This document shows positions 52,221 through 64,000 of a stretch of DNA of 64,000 nt, piece by piece. The translations under genes and the position numbers were made by a program. Location of the stretch: assembly GCA_964016885.1 (NCBI GenBank), contig OZ024742.1, positions 303,366,001-303,430,000 on the forward strand. The letters run 5' to 3'. Within the stretch, counting starts at the first letter, position 1, and every line of letters begins with the position of its first letter. Source of the DNA: Eledone cirrhosa (Eukaryota). Below the pieces are notes generated by a model, which was not told the DNA's origin, did no database searches, and was given only the letters and a program-made list of their open reading frames with translations.

Positions 52221-53277
52221 TCGAAATATAATACGTGAATGTAATAGATAAAATCCATGGGACTGAAAATCGAGGACCTGAGGGCGACCGCTATTCTGCT
52301 CCTTCAACCTCAGCCGGTCGCCCTCGAGTGACGTGGCTAAAGTTTACAGTGTGCTACTACCGGTCAGATAAACGAAAACACAAAGGGATGGGAACATAAG
52401 TTAGCTTCAATCTCATGCCACAAGATAAAAGAAAGAAAGAAAGGAAGGAGAGAGAAGAAGGGGGAAGGAAGAAGAAGAGAAGCCAGGGTTAATGTCAGCT
52501 ATAAGAAGAAAGACAACTACTACCGGTCAAATATAGGCAAACAAAAGGGGGAAGGAAGATAAGTCTGCGGGAGGAAGACAGGAAGAGGGGAGAAGAGAAG
52601 GAAGAGAAGAGAGAAGTAGAAAAGTAAGGGTTGATGGCTACAAGAAAGAAGATAGAAAGAAAGAGGAAGAAAGGTCGATATTAATGTCAGACCACAGTCA
52701 GGCCAGGAGTGGCGCGAGAAAGTTTTCACGGGGACCCGCATCTTAGCAGAGGTGAATATATTGGGAGTCAGTGTGTTACAATGTTTAGACTTATAGGATG
52801 AAGTTAAAAAATTAATAATCAATATTCAATATTAAAGAGGTTAGAAAATTTAAAGTTCAACAGTTAAACATTTTCAGGTTGAAATATCTAATAGTTCCGA
52901 TTTGTTCTGTAATTTAAAGGTACTATGTGGCGGTTAAAACACCGGCGGCGCTCCGGGCCCCAGGGCGAATTAAGCTACGCCGAGTATTTTCATTTACCGA
53001 AAGAAGGGGAAATTTATTTTTCCAAGCACTCCAGGTAAGCCCGTGCGCCAGGGGTCTGGTCGCGCCGCCATTAAAACCCACCCAACAGTCCGACAGAAAG
53101 CTGGAACCTTAAAATATTGCTTAACTTTATAGGATGAAGTTGAAAGAATTCAGAATAACATTATAAAATTAAAGAGTAAGAAGATTGAGAATTGAACAAA
53201 CAGAAAATTTAAAATTATGTGTGAGCGGAATATTGGAACGTTACGTTTTTGTTTAGACTTATAGAATGAAGTTAAAA

Positions 53278-53405
53278 AATTATATAAGTTAAAATCATAT
53301 ATATATATAATTATATAAGTTAAAAACATATATATATATAATTATATAAGTTAAAAACATATATATATATAATTATATAAGTTTAAAACATATATATATA
53401 TATAA
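53278..53405. repeat. ~32-bp AT-rich minisatellite x4
   Basis: AATTATATAAGTTAAAAACATATATATATAT repeated. Confidence 0.85.
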
Positions 53406-54429
53406 TTTCCTTGAGCTCATTATATTACCGGGACCAACGTGAGTCTTTTACTCCGTTGCTTCATTTCGTAGGTCATAACGCAACACACAATCTGAAAAAA
53501 TATCTCTTGTACTAACTACCCCATTCTTACGAAGGAAAGTATCAATTCAATCGCAGTTGCGATTGAAATATCATAACAACTGAAAAATATATTTTAGTTC
53601 TTTAGTAGCACTGGAGAAATTTCCCGAACATTGAACTAACGTTTCACCAGGTAACAGCTATAGATATTATTTCCTGTTCTTCGTGCGTTTTCTGTCCTTT
53701 AAACAAGATATTTGGGCCAACTAAAATGGAAATATTAGTCTGTCGAAGAACATAAAAGCATCTATCCATAGGCTAATCTATATCTTAATTACATACTATA
53801 TAACTACACGTTGAAATTATATTTGTAATCAATGATCTTCTCACAAGGGATAATACACCACGCCAATGTCTTAAAATCTATATGGGAAATATTTATCACG
53901 TATTAAAGTAAAAGATCCTACATAGGGTAATGAAAACAAACAACAAAAAAGAATAACTGTTCTGTCTTTTATGCAACAAAGCTTGTTTTTCTTTTTACAT
54001 AGTATTTTATTATATTTTACCGTCTTTCATCCGGCATCAAACACCATAACATCACAGTGTCTCTCCTATCTAATATGAAAGCAATATAAGATTTGTACAA
54101 AAACAGTTTAATACACAGGCACACTTATTTATTGTTCAGTTTCGCACAATTTCTTTTGTTCTTTAGATGTACTTAATAAACTAAACCAACAGTGTGACTA
54201 AAACCAACACCGAAAGTAACTATTCTCAATTAGGTCTCAACGTCGAAGCTAAATAATTTTAATCTCGTGTCGTACCTTTCCTATTGCAACTGATGCTACT
54301 GATGCTGCTATTGCCAACAGTATCAATGTTGCTGCTGTCACCATTTCTAATTCTACTAAGATATTGCACTTCGTAATTTCGCTGTTGTTGATCTCAACTC
54401 TTGTTGTTGTTGCTGTTATTATTTAGTTA

Positions 54430-55096
54430 AGTGTGAGGTAACAGGGAGGGTTGTCAACAACAGGTGCTGGGGTGCACTTAAGAGAGAGATTAGAGTAGTT
54501 TCAATAGCTTTTAGTAAAGAAGTAACGATAGAAAAAAATAGGAAGAAGGTAGCCTAATTAGATGAGGCGATTAGAAGTGGCATTGCAACTGACGTGTTAG
54601 CGACGAGAATGGCATTAGACCAATTCTTAAATGCAAAACATGAGGCTACTTTATCAGAACTAACGCACGGGCTCAAAGACACAAGGGAACAAAAACTGTT
54701 CGATGGACCAGAGGCGAACACGTGCTGAATGATTCCAGGCAGATGTGTGAGACCTTTCACCAGCAATTTGCTCGACATCGCCAGACGATCTGATTGCTAG
54801 GAAATGCCGATAACATCAGCCGAAACTCGTGATGCCCTCTCTTCAGCCTTCTCTGTATTGACTCTCGAGACTTTACTGCGGAAGCTGGGGTTGTTGCACA
54901 GCACCCCGCTGGAACCGGGCGTGGAAGGGCTGTGTCGTGACATGCAGACGATATCACCGTGATGGAGTCGAACACCTCGGAAACTGAGGTGGTCGGCACC
55001 TTATTAGGGGAATAGGAAATGTTGAAAGGAACAAAACTGAACTCATAAAAGTCGATGTGTTTGGAACCCGGCACCTGGAGAGGCAAATCTATGTCA
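54430..55096 (+). mobile_element. Heavily decayed L1/Tx1 fragment
   Basis: Matches neighbours at GATTAGAGTAG, TTAGATGAGGCG, GTATTGACTCTCGAG, GCAGACGATATCACCG and GGCACCTGGAGAGGCA. Confidence 0.7.
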
Positions 55097-55197
55097 TTCA
55101 ATTTCTTGTCCATCTGTATCCTAAAATCCATAGCACCTTCACCTGATCGTTTTCTATCACCGACTCTGGATTATGCTCATACCACTTCTCAGAATGA
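55097..55197 (-). mobile_element. ~100-bp Dong/R4 fragment
   Basis: Closely matches 15695-15792 ([23 protein letters not shown]). Confidence 0.85.
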
Positions 55198-58106
55198 GTT
55201 GCTGTGTTTTTTCGGAGAGGCTTAGATCTCGCCATACGGGCCATCTTCCTGGACCCAGAAGGTAAGTCGGTGGTACTGGACATGACAGGCAGCGAAGGCA
55301 ATGCTTTCAGGCTAGTAGTCATCTACGCACCAACAGGGCAGGACGGCCAGATTTCTTCAGACGTCTAGAGACCTTTCTTGGAACGTTCCGATCTTTAATG
55401 TTAGTGGGTGACTGGAACGGTATCTTAGATGCACGCTGGCATTATGTGGGGCTAGTAAATAAAGGAGGAGGATGTAAAAGCCTCACCAACCTGCTCAGAC
55501 GTTTTCAACTGTCTAACAGGTATCGACTGGATTATACGAATGTGCCAATGTGGATATGGGCAAACCGCATCGGGTCATCCAGATCGAATCTAGATAGGGT
55601 ATTGTGTGGGGAAACAGATAAAGCTAGCGTAAGTTGTCCACAATTTAAAGTAGTCAGCTACTCGGACCACAAAGTTGTGATCTGTGAAGTCGACTTAGAT
55701 AGACTTCATAGGCAAGGACCTGGTTACTGGAAGCTGAACGCATCTTTCCCGGCGCGCAAAGCTTACAGAGACCGGATAAGCGAATTAGTTAAGCGTGCAT
55801 TGACGGGTGCGATCGTCAACAACACGTGGTGGTTTACTCTGAAAAGGGCAATTAGAGTAGAATCAATAAGGTTCAGCAAAAGAGTAAAGATAGAGGAAAA
55901 TAGAGTAGAAGGAGAGCTAGATAGAAAGCTAGAAGAGGCGTTTAGAACAAGCATCGCAACCGACGTGCTTGCGGAAAGATTGGCACTCGACCAATTCTTC
56001 AATGCAAAGCACAAAGGCTGCGTTGTCAGAGCTAGTCGGCGCTTGTCGTCGGTGATCTGGTGGGAGAGGCGCAGACATGCGCCATTCCGGACAGATCCAT
56101 CCACGACAACCTCCATCTCATGCGATACATCATAGAGAGGGTGGTTAAGGAACCTGGCACGAGTGGGGCTCTGATCAACTTGGATCAATCTAAATCATTT
56201 CATAGGATCGACCATCGGTACCTCACTGCGGTCCTCAAGTTGGCCGGCTTCGGGCCCGTTTTTAAGGGCTGGATCGCTGCGATGCACAACGACATCTGCT
56301 CGATAGTGAGGGTGAATGGCCACCTGTCGCAGCCTTTCAGTATCATGCTCTCTGTCCGCCAGGGTTGCCCACTCTCGTCCCTCTTGTACGTACTGGCCCT
56401 CGAGCCATTACTGTACAAATTGGAGACGATGAGGGGGTCCCACGCCAACTGTGATGTGGGAGATCCGTGTCAGCTTCCACCGACGACGTCACTGTGGTGG
56501 TGTCGAGCACCAAACACGTCCAGATGCTTGGCATCGCTCTCAAGGAATACGAAACGGTGACAGGAGTAAAGATAAACCAGGAAAAGTCGGTGGACTTGCA
56601 AATCAGCACCTAGAGAAGCAAGTCCATGCCGTCCGACATCGTCTTGGGGCGCTGGACGGAAGGACCGGTTAAATTGCTCGGGTCTGGTTCGGTCCGGACC
56701 TCCAGATGGAGAAAAACTGGAGCGAGATGACGAGGAAGGTGGCCTCTCTCACCCAGAAATGGGCCGAGAGGAGGCTGTCTCTGAAATGTCGGGTGGAGGT
56801 GGCGAATGCGTACATAGCGTCCGTCATCTGCTACCGCCTGACTGTCGTACCTTGCCCCAGCCCAACCCTGACGAAAATGGAACGCCTTCTCTTCCGCTTT
56901 TTGTGGAACGGACGTGCTCCCATGGTCAGACGATCCATTTGCTGTCAACACCCGTTGCGTGGAGGACTAGGCATGCCGTGGCTGATGATGCGCAAACATG
57001 CGCTGAGGCTGCGACATCTCTGGCGCTTCCTTGACGGTGAACAGGTGTGGTCGCCGTTTGTCAGAAGCGCTTTTCCCCAGCTCGTCTCCTTAACGAAGCT
57101 GCAGTCCTGGATCAGGAAAAGACCGAGGGATAGCGCTTGGAATCTGGTATGTCTCCAAGCGCACACCGACCTCTACCATCTGGGCACTAGTATCGGTGGA
57201 ACATCCACCTCGCCGTTCTATAGAGGGCTAGTGGAGTGAAAGAGGGACGAGTTCTCGGCGAGACCGTGCGTCGAAGACGATCAGCTGTTCGCTCTCTGCA
57301 AGAGAACTTTCAGCCCGGGGCCTATCGACAACTTCCAGAAATCCCTGGCCTGGCAGTGCTACCGGGGAGCCTTGCCGCTTCGAGATAAACTCTACAGGCA
57401 CGGAAGTGCCGTCAGCCGAGCCTGTCCGAGATGCGCGCAGGGCGACGAAACCGTCGTGCACGCACTCGCTCAGTGCCCGATGATGCTGACTTGTGGAGCT
57501 ATGTCGAACAGCTGCTGTCGCGTGTAGGACGGATCCGGTTATCGACTGAGTCCATTGTGCAAATAGCCCCGCCATCCTCCTTTAATGAGGAGGAAGGGCA
57601 GGCCGTTTTCTTCTGCCTGGTGACCATGGCGAAAGAGATTGTGTGGTGAACAAGATTGAAAGGGTTGAAGACAGACAATTTCCTCTTCGGCCAATCCCTG
57701 ATTAACTTTTCCAAGTTTCACTTGAAGAGGAAAATCAGGGTGGAGAGGCAAGTGCTGACTTCTAGTAAGTTTGTTGAAAGGTGAGTGAAAGTGGCGAGTC
57801 TAGTCCGAGTGAACCAGCCCGCTCTGAGTATGCGCCTGTAGACTGAGGAGTGGGAAAACTGAGAGAGGGCGCTTGCCCTGGTGGTCAGGGTGGCCGTGGT
57901 CTATTTTGTGTGCTTTTCGCCACGAGTGACCCTCGGAGGTTGCCCCCTTTTGGGGAATTTTTATTATTTGATTTTTTTTTGGATTTCTAGCCCGATTTTG
58001 TTATAACCTGTTTACACGACCAAAACCCACTTTTTATCGTCCTGTACTGTTCTGTGCGGTCTCTAATGTTTTTCATCGTGTTAGCCCTTGTGGCCAATAA
58101 AGACAC

Positions 58107-58143
<37 letters not shown>
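55198..58143 (+). mobile_element. L1/Tx1-clade LINE (APE + RT + CCHC), internal deletion near 56035, (ATT)n tail
   Basis: LVGDWNGILD, SNLDRV, SDHK, GPGYWKLNAS, LDQSKSF, VRQGCPLS and CPRC..ET..H. AATAAA then (ATT)12. Confidence 0.92.
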
Positions 58144-58219
58144 GGCGACCTAGGGTGGATTGGCAGTATCGTTAGAGGGTCGGACGCCATGTTCTGACGC
58201 AAAGAGTTACGGCCCTTGC
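58144..58219 (+). mobile_element. SINE tRNA head only (A box, cut before B box), fused to the next LINE
   Basis: GGTGGATTGGCAGTATCGTTAGAGGGTCGGACGCCATG...GGCCCTTGC. Confidence 0.8.
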
Positions 58220-58223
58220 TACT

Positions 58224-61030
58224 GGCTTCATATGCAGGGACCGAGCTACTGGAAACTAAACGCATCGTTGACAGCGCACAAGAACTACAGAGACCGGATT
58301 AGGGAACTAGTTAAGTGGGCGTTGACGGGGGCCATCATCAACAACAAATGGTGGTTTGCTCTGAAAAGAGCAATTAGAATAGAGTCCATTAGGTTTAGTA
58401 AGGCTTTAGCAATAGAGAAAAATAGAGCAGAGGGAGAATTAGTTAGAAAATTAGACGAGACACTTAGTAAAGGCTTCGGGACCGACGTGCTTGCGGCGAA
58501 ATTCGCCCTCGACCAATTCGTCAAGGCAAAGCACGAAGACTGCGTTATCAGGGCTAGGGCGCTTGCTCTCAGAAACGAGGGACGAAAGCCGTTCGATGGA
58601 TTCGAGTGGCGGAGACGCGTCGTGGTAACACAGCCATAATCCGGTCTTTGGATGACCACGACGGACGCATGATACTCGAACCCGAGCAAATGTGTGCGGC
58701 TTTCAGCGGTACTTCGCTCAGCTATTCGGAAGCAGCAGTGGATCGGATCGCAGGTTGGATTTTAGCGCCTACCTCGACGGACTGCCGCGACTCTCGACCA
58801 TTGAGGCGGTGTTTTGCGAAAGTCCAATAACAGCCGCTGAAATACAGGTAGCAATGACTGACTGCACGATGGGTAAATCGCCTGGTTTGGATGGTCTGCC
58901 CTATGAGCTTTATGTACATATACCAGGCTTGTTGGGCGACCTCTTGGCGGACATCTACTGCAACTAGCAGCAGAACAGGAGAATTCCCAGCTCTGTGAAC
59001 CGAGGAGCGGTAGCACTGCTAAGAAGAGACGCGAACAAGGAGGACAAGATAGATAATTCCAGACCCATAACTCTGCTAAACGCAGAGTTCAAGATTTTGG
59101 CCAAGGTGCTAGCTAAGAGGTTGGCGCTTGTTCTCGATGGTCTGGTGGATGAGGCGCAGACATGCGAATTTCCGACAGATCCATTCACGACATTCTCCAC
59201 CTCATGTGATACATCGCGGAGAGGGTAGCTAACGAGCCTGGCACAGGTGGAACCTTGATCAATTTAGATCAGTTGAAAGCTTTCGATAGGGTCAACCATC
59301 GTTATCTGCTGGCGGTCCTGACGGCTGCCGGCTTTGGGCCCGTCTTCAGAGGCAGGATCGCTGCCATGCACAGAGACATCTGCTCTGTAGTGAACGTGAA
59401 CGGTCATCTTTCGGAACCGTTCAATATCATGCGCTCGGTCGTCCCTCTTGTACGTATTGACTCTCGAGCCATTACTGCACAAACTGGAGACGTTGAGTGG
59501 CGCCCCGTGCGAACTGGAATGCGGGAGAACGGTGTCAGAATATTCCGACCACGTCACCGTAGTGGTGTCGAATGCCAAACAGATCGAGGCGATCGGCATT
59601 ACACTAACAGAATACGAGGCGGTGACAGGCAGGTCCATGTCGTCCAACAGTGTTATCGGGTGCTAGACGGACGGACCGGTTAAATTACTAGGGATCTGGT
59701 TCGGTCCCGACCTCCTGACGGACAAAAACTGGGATGAGATGACGAGTAGGGTGGCCTCTCTCACTCAGAAATGGGCAGAGTGGATGCTATCCTTGAAAGA
59801 TGGAGCGGAGGTGGCGAATGCGTACATCGCGTCCGTCATCTACTACCGCCTGACCGTCGTGCCTTGTCCTAAGCCTCGCCTGACTGCGCTGGATCGTTTG
59901 CTCTTTCGCTTTCTGGGGAAGGGACGCGCTCCGATGGTCAGGCGGTCCATCTGCTGTCAACTCCCGTTACGTGGAGAGCTGGGCATGCCGTGGCTGATTA
60001 TGCGCAGACACGCGCTTAGTCTACGACATCTCCACCTCTTTCTCGGCGGTAATCAGGTGTGGTCGCCGTTTGCTAGACGCGTATTTCCCCAGCTCGTCTC
60101 CTTGACGGAGCTGCAGTCCTGGGTCAAGCGAAGACCGAGAAGGAGCACTTGGAGATTGGAATGTCTTTAGGCGCTTGACCAATCAGTGCCAATCAACTAG
60201 CCAATCTTTTCGGGAGAACTTTTTGGCCGGGCCCTATGGATAACTTTCAGAAATCTCTGGCCTGGCAGTGCTACCGAGAAGTTTTGCCATTTTGGGATAA
60301 AATCTACTGGCATGGAAGTGCCGTCAACCGGGCCTGTCCAAGATGCGCGCAGGGTGATGAAACTGTTCTGCCCGCACTCTTCCACTGTATGAGCATTGCT
60401 GTCTAGTAGCTTTATGTTGAACACCTGCTGTCGCGTGTAGGACGGATCCGGCTATCAGCTGTGAGGATTGCCTCAGCGTCTTCCTTTTACCAGGAAAGGC
60501 AGGCAGTTTTTATTTGCCTGGTGGGCATGGCGAAAGAGATCGCGTGGTGGACGCGTTTGAAAGGGCTCAAGACTAGCACTTACCTCTTCGGTGATGCCCT
60601 GATTAACTTTTTTCAAATTTCATATGTAAAGGAAAATCAGGGTGGAAAGGAAAGTGGTCTCTTCCCAGCAATTTTTCAAAAGATGGGTGAGAGAGGCAAG
60701 CATGGCCCGAGTGAATGGGCCTAGTCTGAGTATGTGTGTGTAAATATAAGGTGGTAAACTGGGAGATGGCATTTTACCTGGTGGTCAGGGTCACCGTGGC
60801 TTTTTTAATGAGCTTTCTCCATGAGTGTCCCTCGGAAGTCTCCCTGTTATTTGGGGAATTTTCCTTTGATTCTTTTCTTTTGTCATTTCCTTTGTTATTG
60901 TTCTTCTTTTCACGCAGATATGTCTATTTGCATCATCCTGTACCGTCCTGTACCGTCCTGTGTTGTTATACTTTATGTCAACCCTCGTGGTCAATAACGA
61001 AAACATTATTATTATTATTATTATTATTAT
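58224..61030 (+). mobile_element. L1/Tx1-clade LINE, 5'-truncated, decayed, (ATT)n tail
   Basis: GPSYWKLNAS, KSPGLDGLPYELY, RPITLLNAEFKILAK and LDQLKAFDRV, then 3'UTR and (ATT)n. Confidence 0.92.
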
Positions 61031-61509
61031 CACCGCCTCGTATTCTGTTAGTGTAATGCCGATCGCCTCGATCTGTTTGGCATTCGACACCACTACTGTG
61101 ACGTCGTCGGAATATTCTGACACCGTTCTCCCGCATTCCAGTTCGCACGGGGCGCCACTCAACGTCTCCAGTTTGTGCGGTAATGGCTCGAGAGTCAATA
61201 CGTACAAGAGGGACGACCGAGCGCATGATATTGAACGGTTCCGAAAGATGACCGTTCACGTTCATTACAGAGCAGATGTCTCTGTGTATGGCAGCGATCC
61301 TGCCTCTGAAGACAGGCCCAAAGCCGGCCGCCGTCAGGACCGCCAGCAGATAACGATGGTTGACCCTATCGAAAGCTTTCAACTGATCTAAATTGATCAA
61401 GGTTCCACCTGTGCCAGGCTCGTTAGCTACCCTCTCCGCGATGTATCACATGAGGTGGAGAATGTCGTGAATGGATCTGTCGGAAATTCGCATGTCTGCG
61501 CCTCATCCA
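61031..61509 (-). repeat. Inverted duplication of 59146-59624
   Basis: Reverse complement that shares the private lesions of the 58224-61030 copy. Confidence 0.9.
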
Positions 61510-64000
61510 TCGTGCTGGACGTGACGATCGGAGACGGGCAAGCTTTCAGGCTAGTGGCCGTCTATGCTCCGATAGCAGCAGGGCGGCCTGATTTCTTCCG
61601 TCGTCTGGAGACCTTTCTTGGAACGTCCCGCTCTTTAGTGTTAGTGGGCGACTGGAACGGGATCTGAGATGTACGCTGGGACTGTCTGTGATTAGCGGAT
61701 AGAGGAGGAGGGTGCAAGGGTCTCACACAACCTGCTCAGGCGTTTTGATCTGTCTGACAGGTACCGATTGGATTTCCCGAATGCGCCAATGTGGACTTGG
61801 ACAAATCGCATAGGGTCATCCAGATCATATCTAGATAGAGTATTTTGTAGGGAAATAGATAGGTCTAGCATAGGCTGTCCACAATTCAAGATAGTCAGCT
61901 ACACGGACCACAAATTCGTGATCTGTGTGCTTGACTTAGATAGGCTTCATAGACGAGGACCCGGCTACTGGAAGCTAAACGCGTCCTTACCAGCGCGCAA
62001 GGCCTACAGAGACCGGATTAGCGAACTAGTTAAGCGGGCGTTGACGGGGGCCATCGTCAACAACAAGTGGTGGTTTGCTCTGAAAAGAGCGATTAGAATA
62101 GAATCCATTAGGTTTAGTAAGGCTTTAGCAATAGAGAAAAATAGAGCAGAGGGAGAATTAGTTAGAAAATTAGATGAGGCGCTTAGCAAAGGCATCGCGA
62201 CCAACGTACTTGCGGCGAAATTGGCCCTTGACCAATTCTTCAATGCAAAGGACGAATGCTGGTTGTCAGAGCTAGGGTGCGTGCTCTCAGACAAGGGGGG
62301 ACGAAAGCCGTTCAATGGGCCCGAGTGGCGGAGGCGCGTCGTGGCAACAAAACCACGATCCGGTCTTTGGTGGTCCACGACGGGTGCATGCTACTCGATC
62401 CCGGGAAAATGTGTGAAGCTTTTCAGCGACACTTCGCACAGCTGTTCGGGGGAAGCGGCGGGCCGGATCGAGGGATGGACTTTAGTGTCTACCTCGACGG
62501 ACTGCCGGGGCTCCCGGCCACTGAGGCGGAGTGTTGCGAAAAGCCGAATAACCTCCGCTTAAGTACGGGTGGCAATGACTGGCTGCACAAGGGGTAAATC
62601 GCCTGGTTTGGATGGTCTGCCCTATGAACTTTACGTACAGATGCCAGATTTGTTCGGAGGCCTCTTGGCGGACGTCTACTGCAACTGGCAACAGAACGGG
62701 ATAATTTCCCAGCTCTGTGAGCCGAGGAGCTGGGTCGCTGCTGAGAAAGGATCCGAACAAGGGGCATAACATAGATAATTTCAGGCCCATAACTCTGCTA
62801 AACACAGAGTTCAAGATTTTGGCCAAGGTGCTAGCAAAGAGGTTGGCGCTTGTCGTTGGTGGTCTGGTGGGAGAGACGCAGACGTGCGCTATTCCCGACA
62901 GATCCATCCACAAGAACCTCCACCTCATGCGATACATCGTAGAGAGGGTAGCTAGGGAACCTGGCACAGGTGGGTCTTTGATCAATTTAGATCAGTCGAA
63001 AGCTTTCGATAGGGTCGACCATCGTTACTTAGCGGCAGTCCTGAGAGCGGCTGGCTTTGGGCCCGTCTTCAGAGGCTGGATCGCTGCCATGCACAGCGAC
63101 CACTGCTCTGTACTGAGAGTGAACGGTCACCTTTCGGGACCGTTCAACATCATGCGCTCGGTCCGCCAAGGAAGTCCCCTCTCGTCCCCTCTTGTACGTA
63201 TTGACTCTCGAGCTATTACTGCACAAACTGGAGACGTCGAAGGGGGTCCCGCGCGAACTAGGATGCGGAAGATCCGTGTCAGCATATGCGGACGATGTCA
63301 CCGTAGTGGTGTCGAATGCCAAACAGATCGAGGCGATCGACACTACACTAAAATAATACGAAGCGGTGACAAGAGCAATGATCAACCAGGAAAAGTCAGT
63401 GGGCCTGCAGCTCGGCACCTGGAGAGGCAGGTCCATGCCGTCCAACAGCGTCGTCGGGCGCTGGACAGACGGACCGGTTAAATTGCTAGGGGTCTGGTTC
63501 GGACCGAACCTCCAGACGGACAAAAACTGGGACGAGGTGACGAGCAGGGTGGCTTCTCTCACCCAGAAATGGGCCGAGAGGAAGCTATCCCTGAAAGGTC
63601 GAGCGGAGGTGGCCAACGCGTACATCGCGTCCGTCATCTACTACCGCCTGACCGTCGTACTTTGTCCTAAGCCCCGCCTGACTGCGCTGGAGCGTTTGCT
63701 CTTTTGCTTTTTGGTCAGGCGTTTGCTCTTTTGCTTTTTGGTCAGGCGGTCCATCTGCTGTCAACACCCGCTACGTGGATGGCTGGGCATGCCGTGGCTG
63801 ATGATGCGCAGACACGCGCTCAGGCTACGACATCTCCACCTCTTCCTCGACTGTGATCAGGTGTGGTCGCCGTTTGCTAGACATGTCTTTCACCAGCTCG
63901 TCTCCTTGACGGAGCTGCAGTCCTGGGTCAAGCGAAGACCGAGAGGGAGCGCTTGGAGACTGGAATGTCTTCAGGCGCTCACAGCCCTCGACCAATCGGG
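61510..64000 (+). mobile_element. L1/Tx1-clade LINE running off the window end
   Basis: FRLVAVYAP, LVGDWNG, SYLDRVF, YTDHK, KSPGLDG, NFRPITLLN and YADDVT. Very similar to 12959-15156. Confidence 0.92.

Overview
AT-rich eukaryotic (metazoan) DNA with no confidently identifiable host gene. The SINE type and repeat landscape look octopus/cephalopod-like (inference). The window is a dense mosaic of microsatellites and mobile elements. (1) A decayed autonomous Helitron (~2037-7292) and a non-autonomous Helitron (28132-28972). (2) Several 5'-truncated L1/Tx1-clade LINEs with (ATT)n tails (12959-15156 and a tandem cluster 54430-64000). (3) A Dong/R4-type RT+RLE retrotransposon sitting in (TAA)n, and RTE 3' fragments. 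(4) About 14 copies or fragments of a tRNA-headed Nin/Deu-domain SINE, and a piggyBac-type MITE. (5) A young Neptune-type Penelope-like element (30414-36072) with ~1.1-kb inverted terminal arms and an intact RT/GIY-YIG ORF, plus two further GIY-YIG relics. Three signals are not visible in the ORF track. First, about 13 minimal type-I hammerhead ribozyme motifs from roughly 10 unrelated sequence families, each with a (near-)palindromic stem III. Most lie in short non-coding, often fold-back, modules embedded in (TA)n. Second, an in-frame HIV-like U-UUU-UUA heptamer that would fuse a coiled-coil ORF1 to the Penelope RT-EN ORF by -1 frameshifting. Third, chains of unrelated retroelements joined through (ATT)n, with a SINE 3' end resembling the Tx1 3' end. 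Most short ORFs in the supplied track are microsatellite or antisense artefacts. All alignments and folds were done by eye.
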